Assembly: GCA_030295235.1 (NCBI GenBank)
Contig: AP026128.1
Span: 248,001-312,000, forward strand
Direction of reading: 5' to 3'
Length of the DNA stretch: 64,000 nt
Source: Fistulifera solaris
Lineage: Eukaryota
Of this stretch, positions 1 to 12,072 are shown piece by piece. A program made the position numbers and the translations under genes. The notes beneath the pieces are model-generated. The model did no database searches, was not told where the DNA came from, and worked only from the letters and a program-made list of their open reading frames with translations. The first letter of the stretch is position 1, and every line of letters starts with the position of its first letter.

Positions 1-829
1 GAATTCGAACAGATGGAAGTTGAATACTTTATTCCGCCGGGCGATGATGTGTGGCCGGAGTTTCATCAAAAGTGGATGGACGATTCGCGGGACTTCTTAC
101 TGTCGATTGGTTTACGGGAAGATTTGATGGGGTGGGATGTTCATAAAGGCGACAAGCTAGCTCATTATGCTCAGGCTTGTACAGATATTACATTCAAATT
201 TCCGTTCGGTGAGCAGGAACTCATGGGCATTGCAGCGCGTGGCAACTACGATTTGACCCAGCATACCGAAGGCTCTGGGAAAAGTAAGTTATTGTTTGAG
301 TCGAGTTTCGCTTTGGGAATTTTCGAGGATACGCTAATTCATTTCTGCTCGTTCCAAAGGTCTTGACTACTTCGACGAACTGACTAAGGAAAAATACATT
401 CCGTATTGTATTGAACCGTCTCTGGGTGTGGATCGTTTGATGCTTGCCTTGATTTGCTCAGCATACGCAGAAGACGAAGTTGGTGGTGAGAAACGCAGTT
501 TACTGAAATTCGATCCCAAGGTGGCGCCCATCAAAGTTGCCGTTCTGCCGCTAGTAAAGAACAAAGAAGCTTTAGTTACGGTGGCCCGCGAACTTTTTGA
601 TAAACTTCGTGTTCGATGGAACTGTCAGTGGGATGCCAGTGGTGCTATTGGACGAAGATACCGTCGTGCGGACGAAGTAGGCACTCCTTTCTGTATTACA
701 GTTGACTTTGATACAATCGAGAAAGATAACGCTGTCACGATCCGCGACCGTGACACAACGGAGCAGGTTCGAATTCCAACGGACGAGGTGGTATCGTATC
801 TTAGTAAGCAAATCGATGGCTACGCGTAA
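1..829 (+). CDS. GARS: Glycyl-tRNA synthetase, alpha2 type, 3' part (gene starts before the window); intron 284-359
   Basis: [28 protein letters not shown] and, after splicing GTAAGT(284)..AG(359), [14 protein letters not shown] (motif 3) and anticodon-binding domain [25 protein letters not shown]. Confidence 0.95.
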
Positions 830-944
830 GAATTATGTTAAACAATGCAGTTTTAAATAGGCTCTGTCGTATTACTAAAATGGAACACGGTGTTATATAA
901 GTTATATAATCACGAAATACTATTGAACATGGATTATTGTGTAA

Positions 945-3900
945 CTAGTTTGTGGAACGCTCAATCATTTCCATATCAAATGCAGTCTTTGCTAGGCCAT
1001 CGATCAGCTCACGCAAGTCAGTGTCGATGGGGCCATTTCCCTTTGCAATTTGTTCTTTGTATCTTCAATGCGGCCCATCAAAGCATCTAAAGCTTCAGAC
1101 TCTAGCGACACCACGCCACTACTAGATCCTTGAAGTTCTTCAAACGAAAGCTCGTGAAGAGCAATGGCATCTTCACAAGTACCAGACCCCACTGATCTAG
1201 TTGAACGGGGGGCCAAAACCGCTTTGCACTAGTATTCGTATGGCTTTTGCTGGATGGAAGACGTGTGTTGTGATGCGTGTTGGCCGATTTTTTAATATCG
1301 TCCCCTGCACCAAATCTGTCTGCTCCGCTGAATGGATTGTCATTGAACGTGGATACCGATATATTATCTTTCGAAGCGCAATACATGAGCCCGCTTCCTT
1401 TCGGGCGTGGTGCAGTTTCGGGAGTGATCGGTGGTCGGGAACCGCATTGGCGAAAGCTCTGTGGTGAATGAATACCGGGTACTTTTGCATGTTCCATACC
1501 AGGCGAAGGCTGAGGCCTTCTCACACCAAGTAACGAACACTCCTCGAAATCCGGGGCTGTTTTGGCTGCCTCAATAAGGTCCCGAAGGCTTTCTTCGTCC
1601 CCTAAGTCGAAAGTATTTGGTATCTCGAGAGTCAAAATACCTGTGTGTTTCGGTGATAGTGGCAATGGTGTAACCAGATTATCTTCGTCATCGTTTTCTA
1701 ACTGCGCTTCCTCTTGCTTTAAATAATAAGGTATTTGTTCTTCTGGCTCGCGTCTGTCCTTTCTGGTGTAACAAGCGCCAACCGATGCCTGAGGGTCTCG
1801 ACTTTTCGCACTTGATTCTTTTTGGTAGTCAGGAATCTCGATGGATCTCCGAGTTGAGGACTGAAGAGGGAAATAGAAAGAACCTTCGTGTGCTTCCGGG
1901 GGGTCACTTCGAGGAGGATTGTGGGATGAAGCACATGGCTTTATTTCACTTTCTATTTCAGCGCCAACTAGCTGGGCTGCATCAGCATAGCCAGTTTTTG
2001 GGGCGTCGTTACATAGGGCTGGTACCTCTTTGCTCGCCGTGGGTTCTATTTTGTTCGTGTGTTCGCTGACAATTTCTTTCCTCTTTCCAACTACACCACA
2101 TAAAACGCAAATTTCGTCCATTTGTTTCTTGTTTGTCATTAGTGGCATCACGCAGTATGGACATGCCTTGTCGAGAAGCGTCCACCCTTTCAACAGCCTT
2201 TTGCCTACTTCTTTGCTAACAAGCTTTCTCTTTGATTCGAAGTCGCTTTCGGCTTCGTGTCTAGGAAACGTGCGAGTCTGTTTGGACCTTATCAAAACTT
2301 TGGCTCTCTTTGGGTTTATTCAAATGATACTCAGGATCCGGGAAGACTTTCTTACTCGAAACGCTGCCTTCACTTTGACTATAAATTCCGTCAAAACCTG
2401 TACCACTTCCAGCGCACACCATGCACTCATTTTGTGTACCGTTGGTGATAAGAGGAAAGCCATGGCAATCTTTCCCAGCACATAATTTTCCCGTTTCCTT
2501 CCAGCCTTTCAGCACACGTCTAGCCTTTGCCAGTCTTCCTTCTGAACGCAATAATTCCCACTGTTCCTCGTGGAGGACTTCAGCAGCTGTATCGTATGAT
2601 CTGACAGACTCGACCCTGTCAAGTTGACAATTACTGTCATGGCTCTTTGACGGCTCTGGGTCGAGCATACTTTCATGTCGTGTTACTTTGACTTTGTTCA
2701 AAGCTTCACGGGCTTTTTCCATGGCTTCCCGAGCTTCTTTCTTCATATCTGTTGCTGCGCGTTTCTTTTCGAGTTGCTCTTCTCTGTCAGAAGCCTTCTT
2801 ATCGACAATTTGATTGGATTTATCTCCTTCATTCTCATTGTTTTGCTTTTCCAATGCAGCTCGCCTTCTCAAGATAGGACAAACGACGCAGGTGATTTTC
2901 TTGCCAAAGTCCATCAATGGCATTTCACATGTTTCGCAAATATCTTCTTTCAACGTGTACCCTTGAAGCATCATCGCGCCTAGAGTTTTCGTGGCTATTT
3001 CTCGACTGTGGCGAAAAAGATTGTTAGTCATTGCGAGAACATTGAAATATCGACACTTCAAATGCATCTACTCACCGTATATTATATTCCGGGATATCGA
3101 AGTCGTATCCTCCCTCTGAACTACTGGCGTCACTCTGAGAGCCGTCAGAGGAGACAGAGGGTGCTTTCAAATTTCTGGCATTTTCCGCAACCTCAACCAC
3201 TTGTACTTGAACACTCGTTGTGGCTCTTGTTGATTCGCATTCTTCATTGGAAGCTGCTTTACCTTCACAGTGAATGAGTTCAATCGTTTCAACAGTTTTC
3301 AGCTCCCCCACGGGTTCTTCTTTCGAGCCGAACAGTCGATCAATATCGTCATCCTCGGTATGGGTAGCACCAAGAAGATCCATTTCATCCATTGTATTAC
3401 TGGCTTCATGCGTTTCCTCCGGATCTTTACGTTCCGCATCGTCAACGCGCTCGTCGTCTTCAGAGGGCAAACACGCATTGCACGGAGAAATCTCTTGTTC
3501 CGTCAAGAACCTGAGTGGAGAATTTGGTGCTGTATTACTGTCACTCTCTTTAACAGTACTCGGCGTTATCGTCAAGTAAAGATTATCATCGTCCGGAATC
3601 AACGCCATCTCCACTTCTTCCTTCGACAAGTTCGATGCCGCTTGGAAGTACTCAATCATAAGCTCATGTTCCTCCTTCAATTTGGGTGACGCGGGCCAAG
3701 CCTTGTTGTTATTGCGTTTGAGCTTAATGTGACTTGGTGTGGCAACAAGAATTGCTCCTTTGTGGGCAATGCGAGTATGACCCGACGCCCCCAGCTGAAT
3801 CAACGTTTGTACTTGTTCCGCATTGCACACCACGTGTGCCTTGCATCCGAAGCAGAATGGCACTTCGGCAATTGGAGCGGTTCCCTTGGGTGACGAGATA

Positions 3901-4046
3901 CTGCTATTGATGTTCTTGGAATGGTCGATCATGACCAAATTCGTCGAACAAGACGGACAGAACACTTTATCGATCTCCATTCCGTCATCAAATTGATCTT
4001 CCGTCTCAAGGGATCGGGGGGATGTTCTCAGCGATGTAGCCACCAT
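945..4046 (-). CDS. Large protein with several SSSCA1/Auto_anti-p27-like zinc ribbons; introns 3006-3075 and probably 2261-2330; apparent frameshifts ~1210 and ~1037
   Basis: Repeated units LGAMMLQGYTLKEDICETCEMPLM..CVVC, RRVLKGWKETGKLC..C.GFPLI..CMVC, VGKRLLKGWTLLDKACPYCVMPLM..CVLC plus N-terminal CPSC..CFGC; ORF pieces join through GT-AG introns and 1-nt homopolymer shifts; helical end LRELIDGLAKTAFDMEMIERSTN*. Confidence 0.7.
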
Positions 4047-4615
4047 TTTCCACGAACGTACTACTTTGTCAATGGAAGATATTACAGTAACGTTGCAAGT
4101 GGACGCTTTTGTCAATGTAAATAGAATGCGAAGCACACTCGACGACGTGCTCGACGAAATGTGAGCACTTGCTCCTCCAGCGATGTGATTTCGTCGCTCG
4201 AGCTCTAAGTATCCGTATCCGCCTTTAACTAAAAAACAATAAGGTACTAAGTAATTTTTTAGTCTATGGTACGATGTACACGGCGCACATCCTGCGATAC
4301 TTGCGATTAATTTATATAGATGACCGCTGTAAACGAGCACTGATTAAACATTGCGTTCGGTACTCATTCCCTCCAATATTTCGCAAGCATGCGCGATGCG
4401 CGATGCGCGATGACGCTGTCTGGTATTTCCGTCTGTCAGTTGTCAGCTCCTTTTGAGAACCGTCTGTCGTCCGTACATTCCATTTACCGCTCTACTACTT
4501 TCTAGAGCGCCGCCGCTCAACAACAAAACGACAGCAACATCGCGGCACCTGTGCGGAAGGTTGAAATTGTTTTTAGCAATCGTCTCTTGTCCTAAGCAAC
4601 AACTTACAATACACA

Positions 4616-5250
4616 ATGGAAAGGTATGTTTCATCGATACCTGAATTTGGGAAATAAGTCTGCTTTTCGGTTTCGTTTCGTGCGAAGAGGAGGACGTCAA
4701 AATGAAAGCTCTGAGAGAAAAGACGGATTTTTCCTTTGTTATTCGACTTTTTGATTCGGTTCATATTGCAAATTCAGATCTAACACACTCTTCTTTATGA
4801 TCATTGGTTCTAATTTACAGTGAAGGAAAAACCCAAATGATGGGCGGCATCAAGCTGCTCGAAAACGAGGATGTTTTCGGTGTGGCTCACTTGTTTGCCT
4901 CATTCAACGACACTTTTGTGCACGTTACAGACTTGTCGGGACGCGAAACCTTGGTTCGTGTGACCGGAGGAATGAAAGTTAAGGCGGATCGTGACGAGAG
5001 CAGCCCGTACGCTGCCATGTTGGCCGCGCAAGATGTTGCGGCCCGATGCAAAGAATTGGGCATTACGGCCCTGCACATCAAGGTCCGAGGGACCGGTGGA
5101 AACAAGAGCCGATCTCCGGGCCCTGGTGCCCAAAGCGCTCTTCGAGCATTGGCCCGAAATGGATTGAAAATTGGACGTATTGAGGACGTAACACCTATTC
5201 CCAGTGACAGCACTCGTCGCAAGAGTGGTCGACGTGGTCGCCGCTTGTAA
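4616..5250 (+). CDS. RPS14: 40S ribosomal protein S14 (uS11); exon 1 4616-4623, intron 4624-4820
   Basis: [70 protein letters not shown]...TTACAG|T gives in-frame MESEGKTQ. Confidence 0.97.
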
Positions 5251-5456
5251 TTTTCAAGATTCAATAAAACTAATAATACAATATCTTGTAGCGGCGCCTT
5301 GTGTGTTTTGAAAGGTGGGAAAGTGGTTGTAGAGTGAGTGAAAGAGTCAAGATGTTTGTGCTTAGAAGTTTTGACTAGTGTAGTTAAAGGATTAAAAGAA
5401 AAAATGGCTGCATAAATATCACATGCAAGACAAACCAATTTCGCAAGGACTGCTCC

Positions 5457-6306
5457 CTAACCCGCATAAAATGAACTATCATAACGATCATCGACCGCAT
5501 CCGTCAATGTCACCTCACAATTAAGAGTATCCCCCAATTCTTCCATCTCTTGTTTGATTTTTGTGGGCATCGAATCCGGCCGCCAAGGGTGCCGCGGCCG
5601 TCGCCACACCGCGCATTTTGAACAACATGGAACCACCGTAGGGTGCAATCTCTTGATCGGTTTCCATTTTATCAATGGAAAGACCCGCTTTGGCGAGTGC
5701 TGCCGTGATTTTGTGTACAATACCGGGATGATCGGCTCCTTCCAGTGTAAAGTACGCGGAGTCTAGCACGATGGTCAGAGTGGGGTGTCGAAAGAAAAAC
5801 GATATAGATATGTCAGCAAACTTACATCCAATTTGGGGAGTGAATTGGGAAGAGCCTAGTTTGGATTCAAATACCGTCGCATTCATGTCGGGCATGGACT
5901 GAAGCCTGGATTGCAAATTCGTCAACTCTTCCGTCGGTACCGATACCATCATCATGAGAGAAAAATGCGGACCCAATTTCGCCGCTTGTGAATCACCGAC
6001 ATTGCCACCGGCATCGATTACCATACCGGTAATATCGGAAACAATCCCAAGACGATCTTTTCCGACCGCATTGATGATCAAGTCCGTCGATGAAGAGAGC
6101 CATGCCTATATTTTGTGGTGTTATGGTGTGAGAATAAGAAGGTCACTAACACGATCCAAAGCTTTGCCACAAAGAATGGTACCGGGCAAGTTTTCGGAAA
6201 GATTTCTGAAGTTGCAAGCCTCGGTCGTGAAGCAACCAATGTTTCTTACCCTTTTCAAAGCAGGCTGCCGTTGCCAGTTCCGAGCCAATGTGCGAGCCGT
6301 AAACAT
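5457..6306 (-). CDS. Tandem ACT-domain protein (GcvR-like), possible mitochondrial presequence; introns 6106-6249 and 5763-5825; apparent frameshift 5558-5562
   Basis: IINAVGKDRLGIVSDITGMVIDAGGNV and FTLEGADHPGIVHKITAALAKAGLSI are ACT signatures; Arg-rich N-terminus MFTARTLARNWQRQPALKR joins by a phase-0 intron. Confidence 0.8.
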
Positions 6307-7045
6307 ATCGAGAAGTTGCTACAAATCATAGAATAACAACAAGAGAGAAAGATGTGATAACTCTTAGAACCGACAAGAAAGAGAACGAATTGATGTGAAA
6401 TTCAATTCTTCAAGGATACAACCTCGACGTCAAGATGACGTATGTCGCGTGTTCTTTTGCGCCATTTTTGGGTTGCGTACGAACACCGGACGAACTACGG
6501 TTTTTGACACGCACGGCACAGCTATCTACCTGGTAACTCAGCAAAGGTTCAATGTTTGCAGTCTTCTCCTTCTTTGACTGCCTTATTGACCATCATGATG
6601 CATCTTAACTTTCAGCAACATTTGTTGCGAGCGCCTCGACTTCTTAACGTCGAAATTCATGCGGTATATTGTCCTTCCTTTGACTGTAGGCCCAAAATGT
6701 GGAATGTGTAGACGACCCTTTCCCACGACCGCATTTCAGTCATGAATCGGAAGGCTAGTCCTTTTAAGCGATGCAATAAGCTAAAGAGCACTTACAATGC
6801 ACATATGAATTGGTGTTGATGAGAATTCGTTTTATCGAATTGTCTGTTTAGGCTCATAACATCACCACGATTTCAGTCATCAGGTGGCGGGGCACACACG
6901 GTTATGACGTCAGCCGTTCGCGCAAGCAGTCCGATATCGAGTTTTTTGTTGTTTCAAAATTTCCTCCAACCACTTCTTTTCATCGGCAAAAGAGGGATGC
7001 GAAAACTGTTTCGGGGTGTAACGAAAGGGAACAGTCACCCAAAGC

Positions 7046-8146
7046 ATGCCGCGGTGCTTTATTGGTAAATGGATACGGCGCTTCACAATAGCAACCCTTT
7101 TCGTTCACATGACGCCATGTTCATTGGCCTTGCTCCGATGTCGGCCACCTTCGCGGCAGTTTCGGTGCTTTTCTTCCATGACGAACTTTCCATCCGATAA
7201 CTCAACAATACCTTCCTTTCACATGTACTACAACGATGTGTACGAAGTTCCATTGCCTCCCAATCATCGTTTCCCGATGGGAAAATACAAACGAGTCCGA
7301 AAATTAGTACAACATCAATTGGCCGGATCGGAGAATCTACAATTCCTGGTATCACCCTTGGCCACGACGGAAGAGTTGACGACCACACATGCGTTCGAGT
7401 ATGTTCAAAACTTTGAAAAAGGTTATCAAACACCCCAAGAACTCCGCAATGTGGGATTTCCTTGGAGTCCGGAAGGTGTCCTGCGGGCGTTCAGTTCCGT
7501 CGGTGGAACGGTGGCCGCCGCGTGTCACGTTTGTTCCCAGCCCAACCGTTGGGCGGCCCATTTGGCCGGTGGAACGCATCACGCCTTTTATGATCGGGGA
7601 GAAGGATTTTGTGTCTTTTCCGACATGGCGGTCGCGGCGAATGTTGTGTTAGAGCGTTATCCACACATTCAGCGCATCCTCTTGTTGGATCTCGATGTGC
7701 ATCAAGGAAATGGGAATGCGGTCCTGTTTCAAAACGATTCACAAGTGTTTACCTTTTCGTTGCATTGTTCTGCCAATTACTTTTCGGCCCGACAAAGATC
7801 CGATCTCGATATTGAATTGCCACCCAACTGTTCCGACAATACGTATTTGGTGACATTGCGTTATTGGTTACAACAACTGGAGCAACAATCATATGATTTG
7901 ATATTCTTCCAAGCGGGTGTCGATGTACTGAAAGAAGATCGATTGGGACGGATGGATTTGTCCCTAGAAGGTGTCCGACGACGCAATGGGTTGGTGTACG
8001 AATTTGCGCAGCGCCATCAAATACCGTTGGTGATTTGCATGGGTGGTGGTTATCCGCGCAGTGAGGACTGGGAACCCATTTTAGAAGCACACGCGAGTGT
8101 GTACGTGGATGCTTATGAATTTTGGAAGAGTCATGTTGCGGCGTGA
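7046..8146 (+). CDS. Zn-dependent histone deacetylase family protein (HDAC11/AcuC-like)
   Basis: HRFPMGKY, AGGTHHAF, GEGFCVFSD, DLDVHQGNG, QAGVD..D.LG, MGGGY motifs; single exon. Confidence 0.92.
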   Translation: MPRCFIGKWIRRFTIATLFVHMTPCSLALLRCRPPSRQFRCFSSMTNFPSDNSTIPSFHMYYNDVYEVPLPPNHRFPMGKYKRVRKLVQHQLAGSENLQFLVSPLATTEELTTTHAFEYVQNFEKGYQTPQELRNVGFPWSPEGVLRAFSSVGGTVAAACHVCSQPNRWAAHLAGGTHHAFYDRGEGFCVFSDMAVAANVVLERYPHIQRILLLDLDVHQGNGNAVLFQNDSQVFTFSLHCSANYFSARQRSDLDIELPPNCSDNTYLVTLRYWLQQLEQQSYDLIFFQAGVDVLKEDRLGRMDLSLEGVRRRNGLVYEFAQRHQIPLVICMGGGYPRSEDWEPILEAHASVYVDAYEFWKSHVAA

Positions 8147-8633
8147 TGGTGAGATGCGCGTGGCGGAGGTTTGGACCGTTGTGTACATAATAAGACAACA
8201 GGCGCTCCTATCGACTTGCTTTTTGAAGTCCTTTTGATAAAATCTCAAAACTAGCGAAATAATAAAGTCACAGAAAATTTCCCTAACAGGTCTTTTTTGA
8301 AGTGTTGTTACGTAAAACCATTCCAGCTCAGGAGGCAAACTCCATCCGTTTTCGTCGCTAAGTAATCTTTAGTGGGACGGTGATTGACACTGGAGAGAAG
8401 AATTGATTTTAAAAATCACGAAAGCCTTTTATAAACACAGGTTCTCTTTGTACTGTACCGGCTCATAGCTAAGACGCGAGACCAAAGAATAGGCCCCTCG
8501 TGACTGCGGTGCCGATCGGAATTTTTACTTTTGTTGAAATCATAATTATTTTTCCGTTCTCTATTTATATTATTTTTTAGTTACCACTCTCTTTATTTGT
8601 AACAATCATCCAATCCACATAAATCGAACCAAA

Positions 8634-10610
8634 ATGGTGCGGCAATTGTGGTTCTTATTCTTCCTCCTGCTGAAAAGTGCAACGGCACGAGACCGGACGG
8701 TCATGAAATTGCAAGCCGATGGCAGTGTGTTAGAATGCACCGTGACGAAGAATGGCAAAGAACGTTGTATCGATCCGATGAATCCCATGATGGTGTTGGG
8801 GAATGAAGAACACATTTTGCGACAACAGAAGAAGGAACGAGAGAAAAAGGAGGAGGAGGAAATGAAGAAAGAGGAGGAAATGGGGAAAGAAAAAGAGAAG
8901 CAACTCGACGATGAAGAAGAGGAAGCGCCGCCTCCGAAAAAAGGAATGGATTTAAATGCACTCCTCAATTCACCCGAAGCCAAGCGACAAATCAAACAAG
9001 CACTCGATTCGGGAGAACAAGTTGATTTGAGTGCCGTTGTCGGTTCCACAATTTCTCGAGCCTTTGCCAACCTGGGGAAACCTTCTGTTGTCGAAGAAGA
9101 GGATGACGATGACGGACCTTCGGGTGTCGAATTGTTGATGAACGCTGCATTACGAGCCGCGGCACATGCCTCCGGAGATCCGTTTCAAAGCTTCAGCAAC
9201 CACTCCCAAACGGATCAAAGTGAATTCTTTGCCAAAGTCGCCAAAGTACTTTCGCGATTCAATGATCGGGATCTCGATATGGAATTGTTTTTAGAAGATC
9301 TCATCTCGATTGCGACACCCGATCACGTGGAAGGGGAACCGATTGAGTTGGAAAATATTGTACGGACCAAGCAGAAACTGAAAGATACCTTGCAACATTT
9401 GTTGGGTCAATTGGGATTGCAGTACTTTCATCCCCTACAATTGTATTATTACATGATCGATGAGGAAACACGCAAGAATTCTGTATGGAAACGTCATCGG
9501 CATCGTTATTTGCCACCCGTTCCGAAAGAAGAAGTACTTCAAATGATGGACGGATTATATCTGTCGCAGCTCGCGTATAGTAAGAATTGTAAAACGATTC
9601 AAAGGCAGGTGGAGCAATTTCAGATCGATCCCATCTCCGGTAACGGTCTTTGGACGTTACGGAATTGTTCCGTGCATTCGGAACGCTTTCAACCAGCGCA
9701 TTATATGATGGTGCAGCAATCCAAGAGCTCGACGCCACTGGAAGTGGCCTTGATCATTCGAGGATCACAACAACAGGCCGATTATCTATCGGCCGGAGCG
9801 CTCCGTGCCGTTCCGTATCGTGGTGGTTTCGTTCACGAAGGCGTGCGGAACAGTGCGCAGTGGATTCGTGATTTGTACGAAAACGACTTGGAATTGCTTT
9901 TGCAGGAACATCGACAATGGAATAACAAAGTACCACTCAAGTTGTATCTCATGGGTCACTCGCTGGGGGGAGCAACAGCGTCGGTAGCAGCAATGGAGTT
10001 CAACGACGTGCCCGAATTCGAAGCGTTCGCCGTTGGTTTTGGGAGTCCAGCGTCCTTGTCACCGGATCTGTCGCGGGCCATGAAAGATCGGATCACCACG
10101 GTGGTGAATGACGCAGATTGCGTACCCCGCATGTCAGCAAATTCCATTGTGGATGCTTGGAAAAGGGTTTTACAGTTTGACTTCACGAGTCTGTGCCTCG
10201 ATGACGTGAATCAGTTGGAGCCGATTCTTCGAAGCAAACTTTCTATCCTTGGAAATTGGACCGAAAACATGCTTAGCAGTATGCGGACGACGGTGGAGGA
10301 CAAGATTCGAAAGGAGGCTAAGAAACAGTTAAGCAATGCCCAGAAAGTTTTGGCAAATGCGAGCAGCGACCAGTATGAATCATTAGTTCCAGCGGGTGAT
10401 TGTGTTCATTTCTACCGGGATGGGACGTCGTGGCAAAGCGTTTACATCGATTGCCAACAGTTTTACGAAATTGAAGTTGTTCCGCACATGATCGATGACC
10501 ACTTAGTTGCAGGAGGGTATTATCATGGAATGCTTGCCTATTTGAGAAAGCTTGAAAAGAACTCAAACTTCAGGCCGTTGCATGAGGTAGATAGTTTATT
10601 GCGCGTCTAA
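8634..10610 (+). CDS. Secreted class 3 lipase, copy 1
   Basis: Signal-peptide-like start; IIRGS, VHEG, GHSLGG nucleophile elbow, VNDADCVPR, MIDDH. Confidence 0.88.
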   Translation: MVRQLWFLFFLLLKSATARDRTVMKLQADGSVLECTVTKNGKERCIDPMNPMMVLGNEEHILRQQKKEREKKEEEEMKKEEEMGKEKEKQLDDEEEEAPPPKKGMDLNALLNSPEAKRQIKQALDSGEQVDLSAVVGSTISRAFANLGKPSVVEEEDDDDGPSGVELLMNAALRAAAHASGDPFQSFSNHSQTDQSEFFAKVAKVLSRFNDRDLDMELFLEDLISIATPDHVEGEPIELENIVRTKQKLKDTLQHLLGQLGLQYFHPLQLYYYMIDEETRKNSVWKRHRHRYLPPVPKEEVLQMMDGLYLSQLAYSKNCKTIQRQVEQFQIDPISGNGLWTLRNCSVHSERFQPAHYMMVQQSKSSTPLEVALIIRGSQQQADYLSAGALRAVPYRGGFVHEGVRNSAQWIRDLYENDLELLLQEHRQWNNKVPLKLYLMGHSLGGATASVAAMEFNDVPEFEAFAVGFGSPASLSPDLSRAMKDRITTVVNDADCVPRMSANSIVDAWKRVLQFDFTSLCLDDVNQLEPILRSKLSILGNWTENMLSSMRTTVEDKIRKEAKKQLSNAQKVLANASSDQYESLVPAGDCVHFYRDGTSWQSVYIDCQQFYEIEVVPHMIDDHLVAGGYYHGMLAYLRKLEKNSNFRPLHEVDSLLRV

Positions 10611-10682
10611 AAAATTTGCTGTAGTGTTTTTTGACTACATTGTTTTTCTTATAAATAAACCTTACTGTAATTATTTACATGT

Positions 10683-10770
10683 TTGTCTACGATACTTCGA
10701 CTTAATTAAACTTTGTCTGGTTCCTGGTTCTGACAATGGGTGTGTTGCGTTTTGTGCCGACTCGTGGTCA
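10683..10770 (-). pseudogene. Degenerate relic of the last codons of the GBF1-like gene, co-duplicated with the lipase
   Basis: tttgtctacgatacttcgactt...ctggttctgacaatgggtgtgttgcgttttgtgccga resembles 14102-14170 tttgtctacgatgcttcgacttg...ctggttctgacaatgggggtgctgcttttggtgccga. Confidence 0.8.
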
Positions 10771-10813
10771 TGAGGTGGCGGCGTCAATAGTCTAAGTATT
10801 CTCTTATCTGAAT

Positions 10814-11256
10814 CAAGGGAAATCACTGGGGGACTCGCTTCATCCAGTCACGTGTAACGCTTATTGCCCCCATCCCATGAAAACTACTGTTATTTTCACT
10901 CACAATAAGGAATTTATTGCGGGGTCGTTCATGGTAGACGCGATTCGGAATATGACTTTTGATAATAACTTTAGTCGAAATCCGTTTTCCGTCACCCATG
11001 AACGAACCTGAAATACAATGAAATTCAATGGCAAAGGTTGTCATTCATGCCGTGATGCGTCGTAATGAATTTTTTTCAAAATTTCATCGGAGCTCGTGGC
11101 AGCGAGCGTGGCACACAAAAAATCACAGTTCGATTTTGGAGGCACTCAGGCGTTTGGGGGCAATAAGCGGTCGATTTGCTACAAGGATGGACTATATCGA
11201 AAAGTGTACCTTTTTCTCGTGACTGCAAAAGCGAGTCCCCCAGTGATTTCCCCTTG
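10814..11256. mobile_element. Non-autonomous DNA transposon (MITE), ~37-bp imperfect TIRs, 7-bp TSD TCTGAAT
   Basis: Left CAAGGGAAATCACTGGGGGACTCGCTTcatcCAGTCACG; right CGTGACTGcaaAAGCGAGTCCCCCAGTGATTTCCCCTTG; TCTGAAT at 10807-10813 and 11257-11263; no transposase ORF. Confidence 0.88.
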
Positions 11257-12072
11257 TCTGAATTTTCATTGTTCTTTGTCATTTTCTTTGGCTTCTAGTA
11301 GTTTTTGGTGATCGTTTATTTGACCAAAAAAATTGACGGGTTAACTGTTCGTTTTTTCAGTGTCAAATTCCCTCTGGCTCTGGCTCTGGGATAATATCAT
11401 ATTATGTATCTTATACTCCTTATGATGTACTCCAGTTAAAATTGAGAGCTCCACTCTCTTTTTTGGACGTGAAAATCATAACAAAACGTAACCGGCGGCC
11501 GGCGGTGCGACGTACGACGCTGTACTGTAACATCAAACATCATCACTCATCACAAGCTGTGCAATTCATTTATTACTGTATACAGTTTTTCAAAGTTCAA
11601 AGCAAGGTGCCATCTGCCATCTCCATCTGCCATGCCGTAAACTTTAAAAATTAATAAATAAATTGATCTAATGAGTTATGAGAACGTGAATCACAGGCAC
11701 GAATTGCGAACGAATAACGAATGGATCATTTATCACACTGAGTATATCGGATTGCATGATTAATAAAGAACAAGTTGATCAGGATTTTTGATTCCATCCC
11801 AAATAATGCACAGGAAGGTTCGGGAAAAAGTGTACACTCACGTAGGCTTGCGTAGAAAAATGTACCAAGCAGAGGTGCGTCCCAGTGTCTCCCAGCCGCA
11901 CAGCCCCGAATTTACCAGTACGGCCTACCAGGAGAGGAAAAAATTTGGGAAAAATAGACATGCGGCTCAAGATTTTCTTCCCCCTTTTTGCCCACAAAAA
12001 ATCTGTTTCTCGTATAAGACTCTAGCAAAACGATTTATTTACAAAAGTTTATCAAGGCCTTAGTTCTATTCT

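Noticed and set aside
4887..5438. 183-aa ORF antisense to RPS14, and similar antisense ORFs over GBF1, TruA, xylA, HSF and nitroreductase
   Set aside because: Shadows of real genes on the opposite strand with no recognisable motifs
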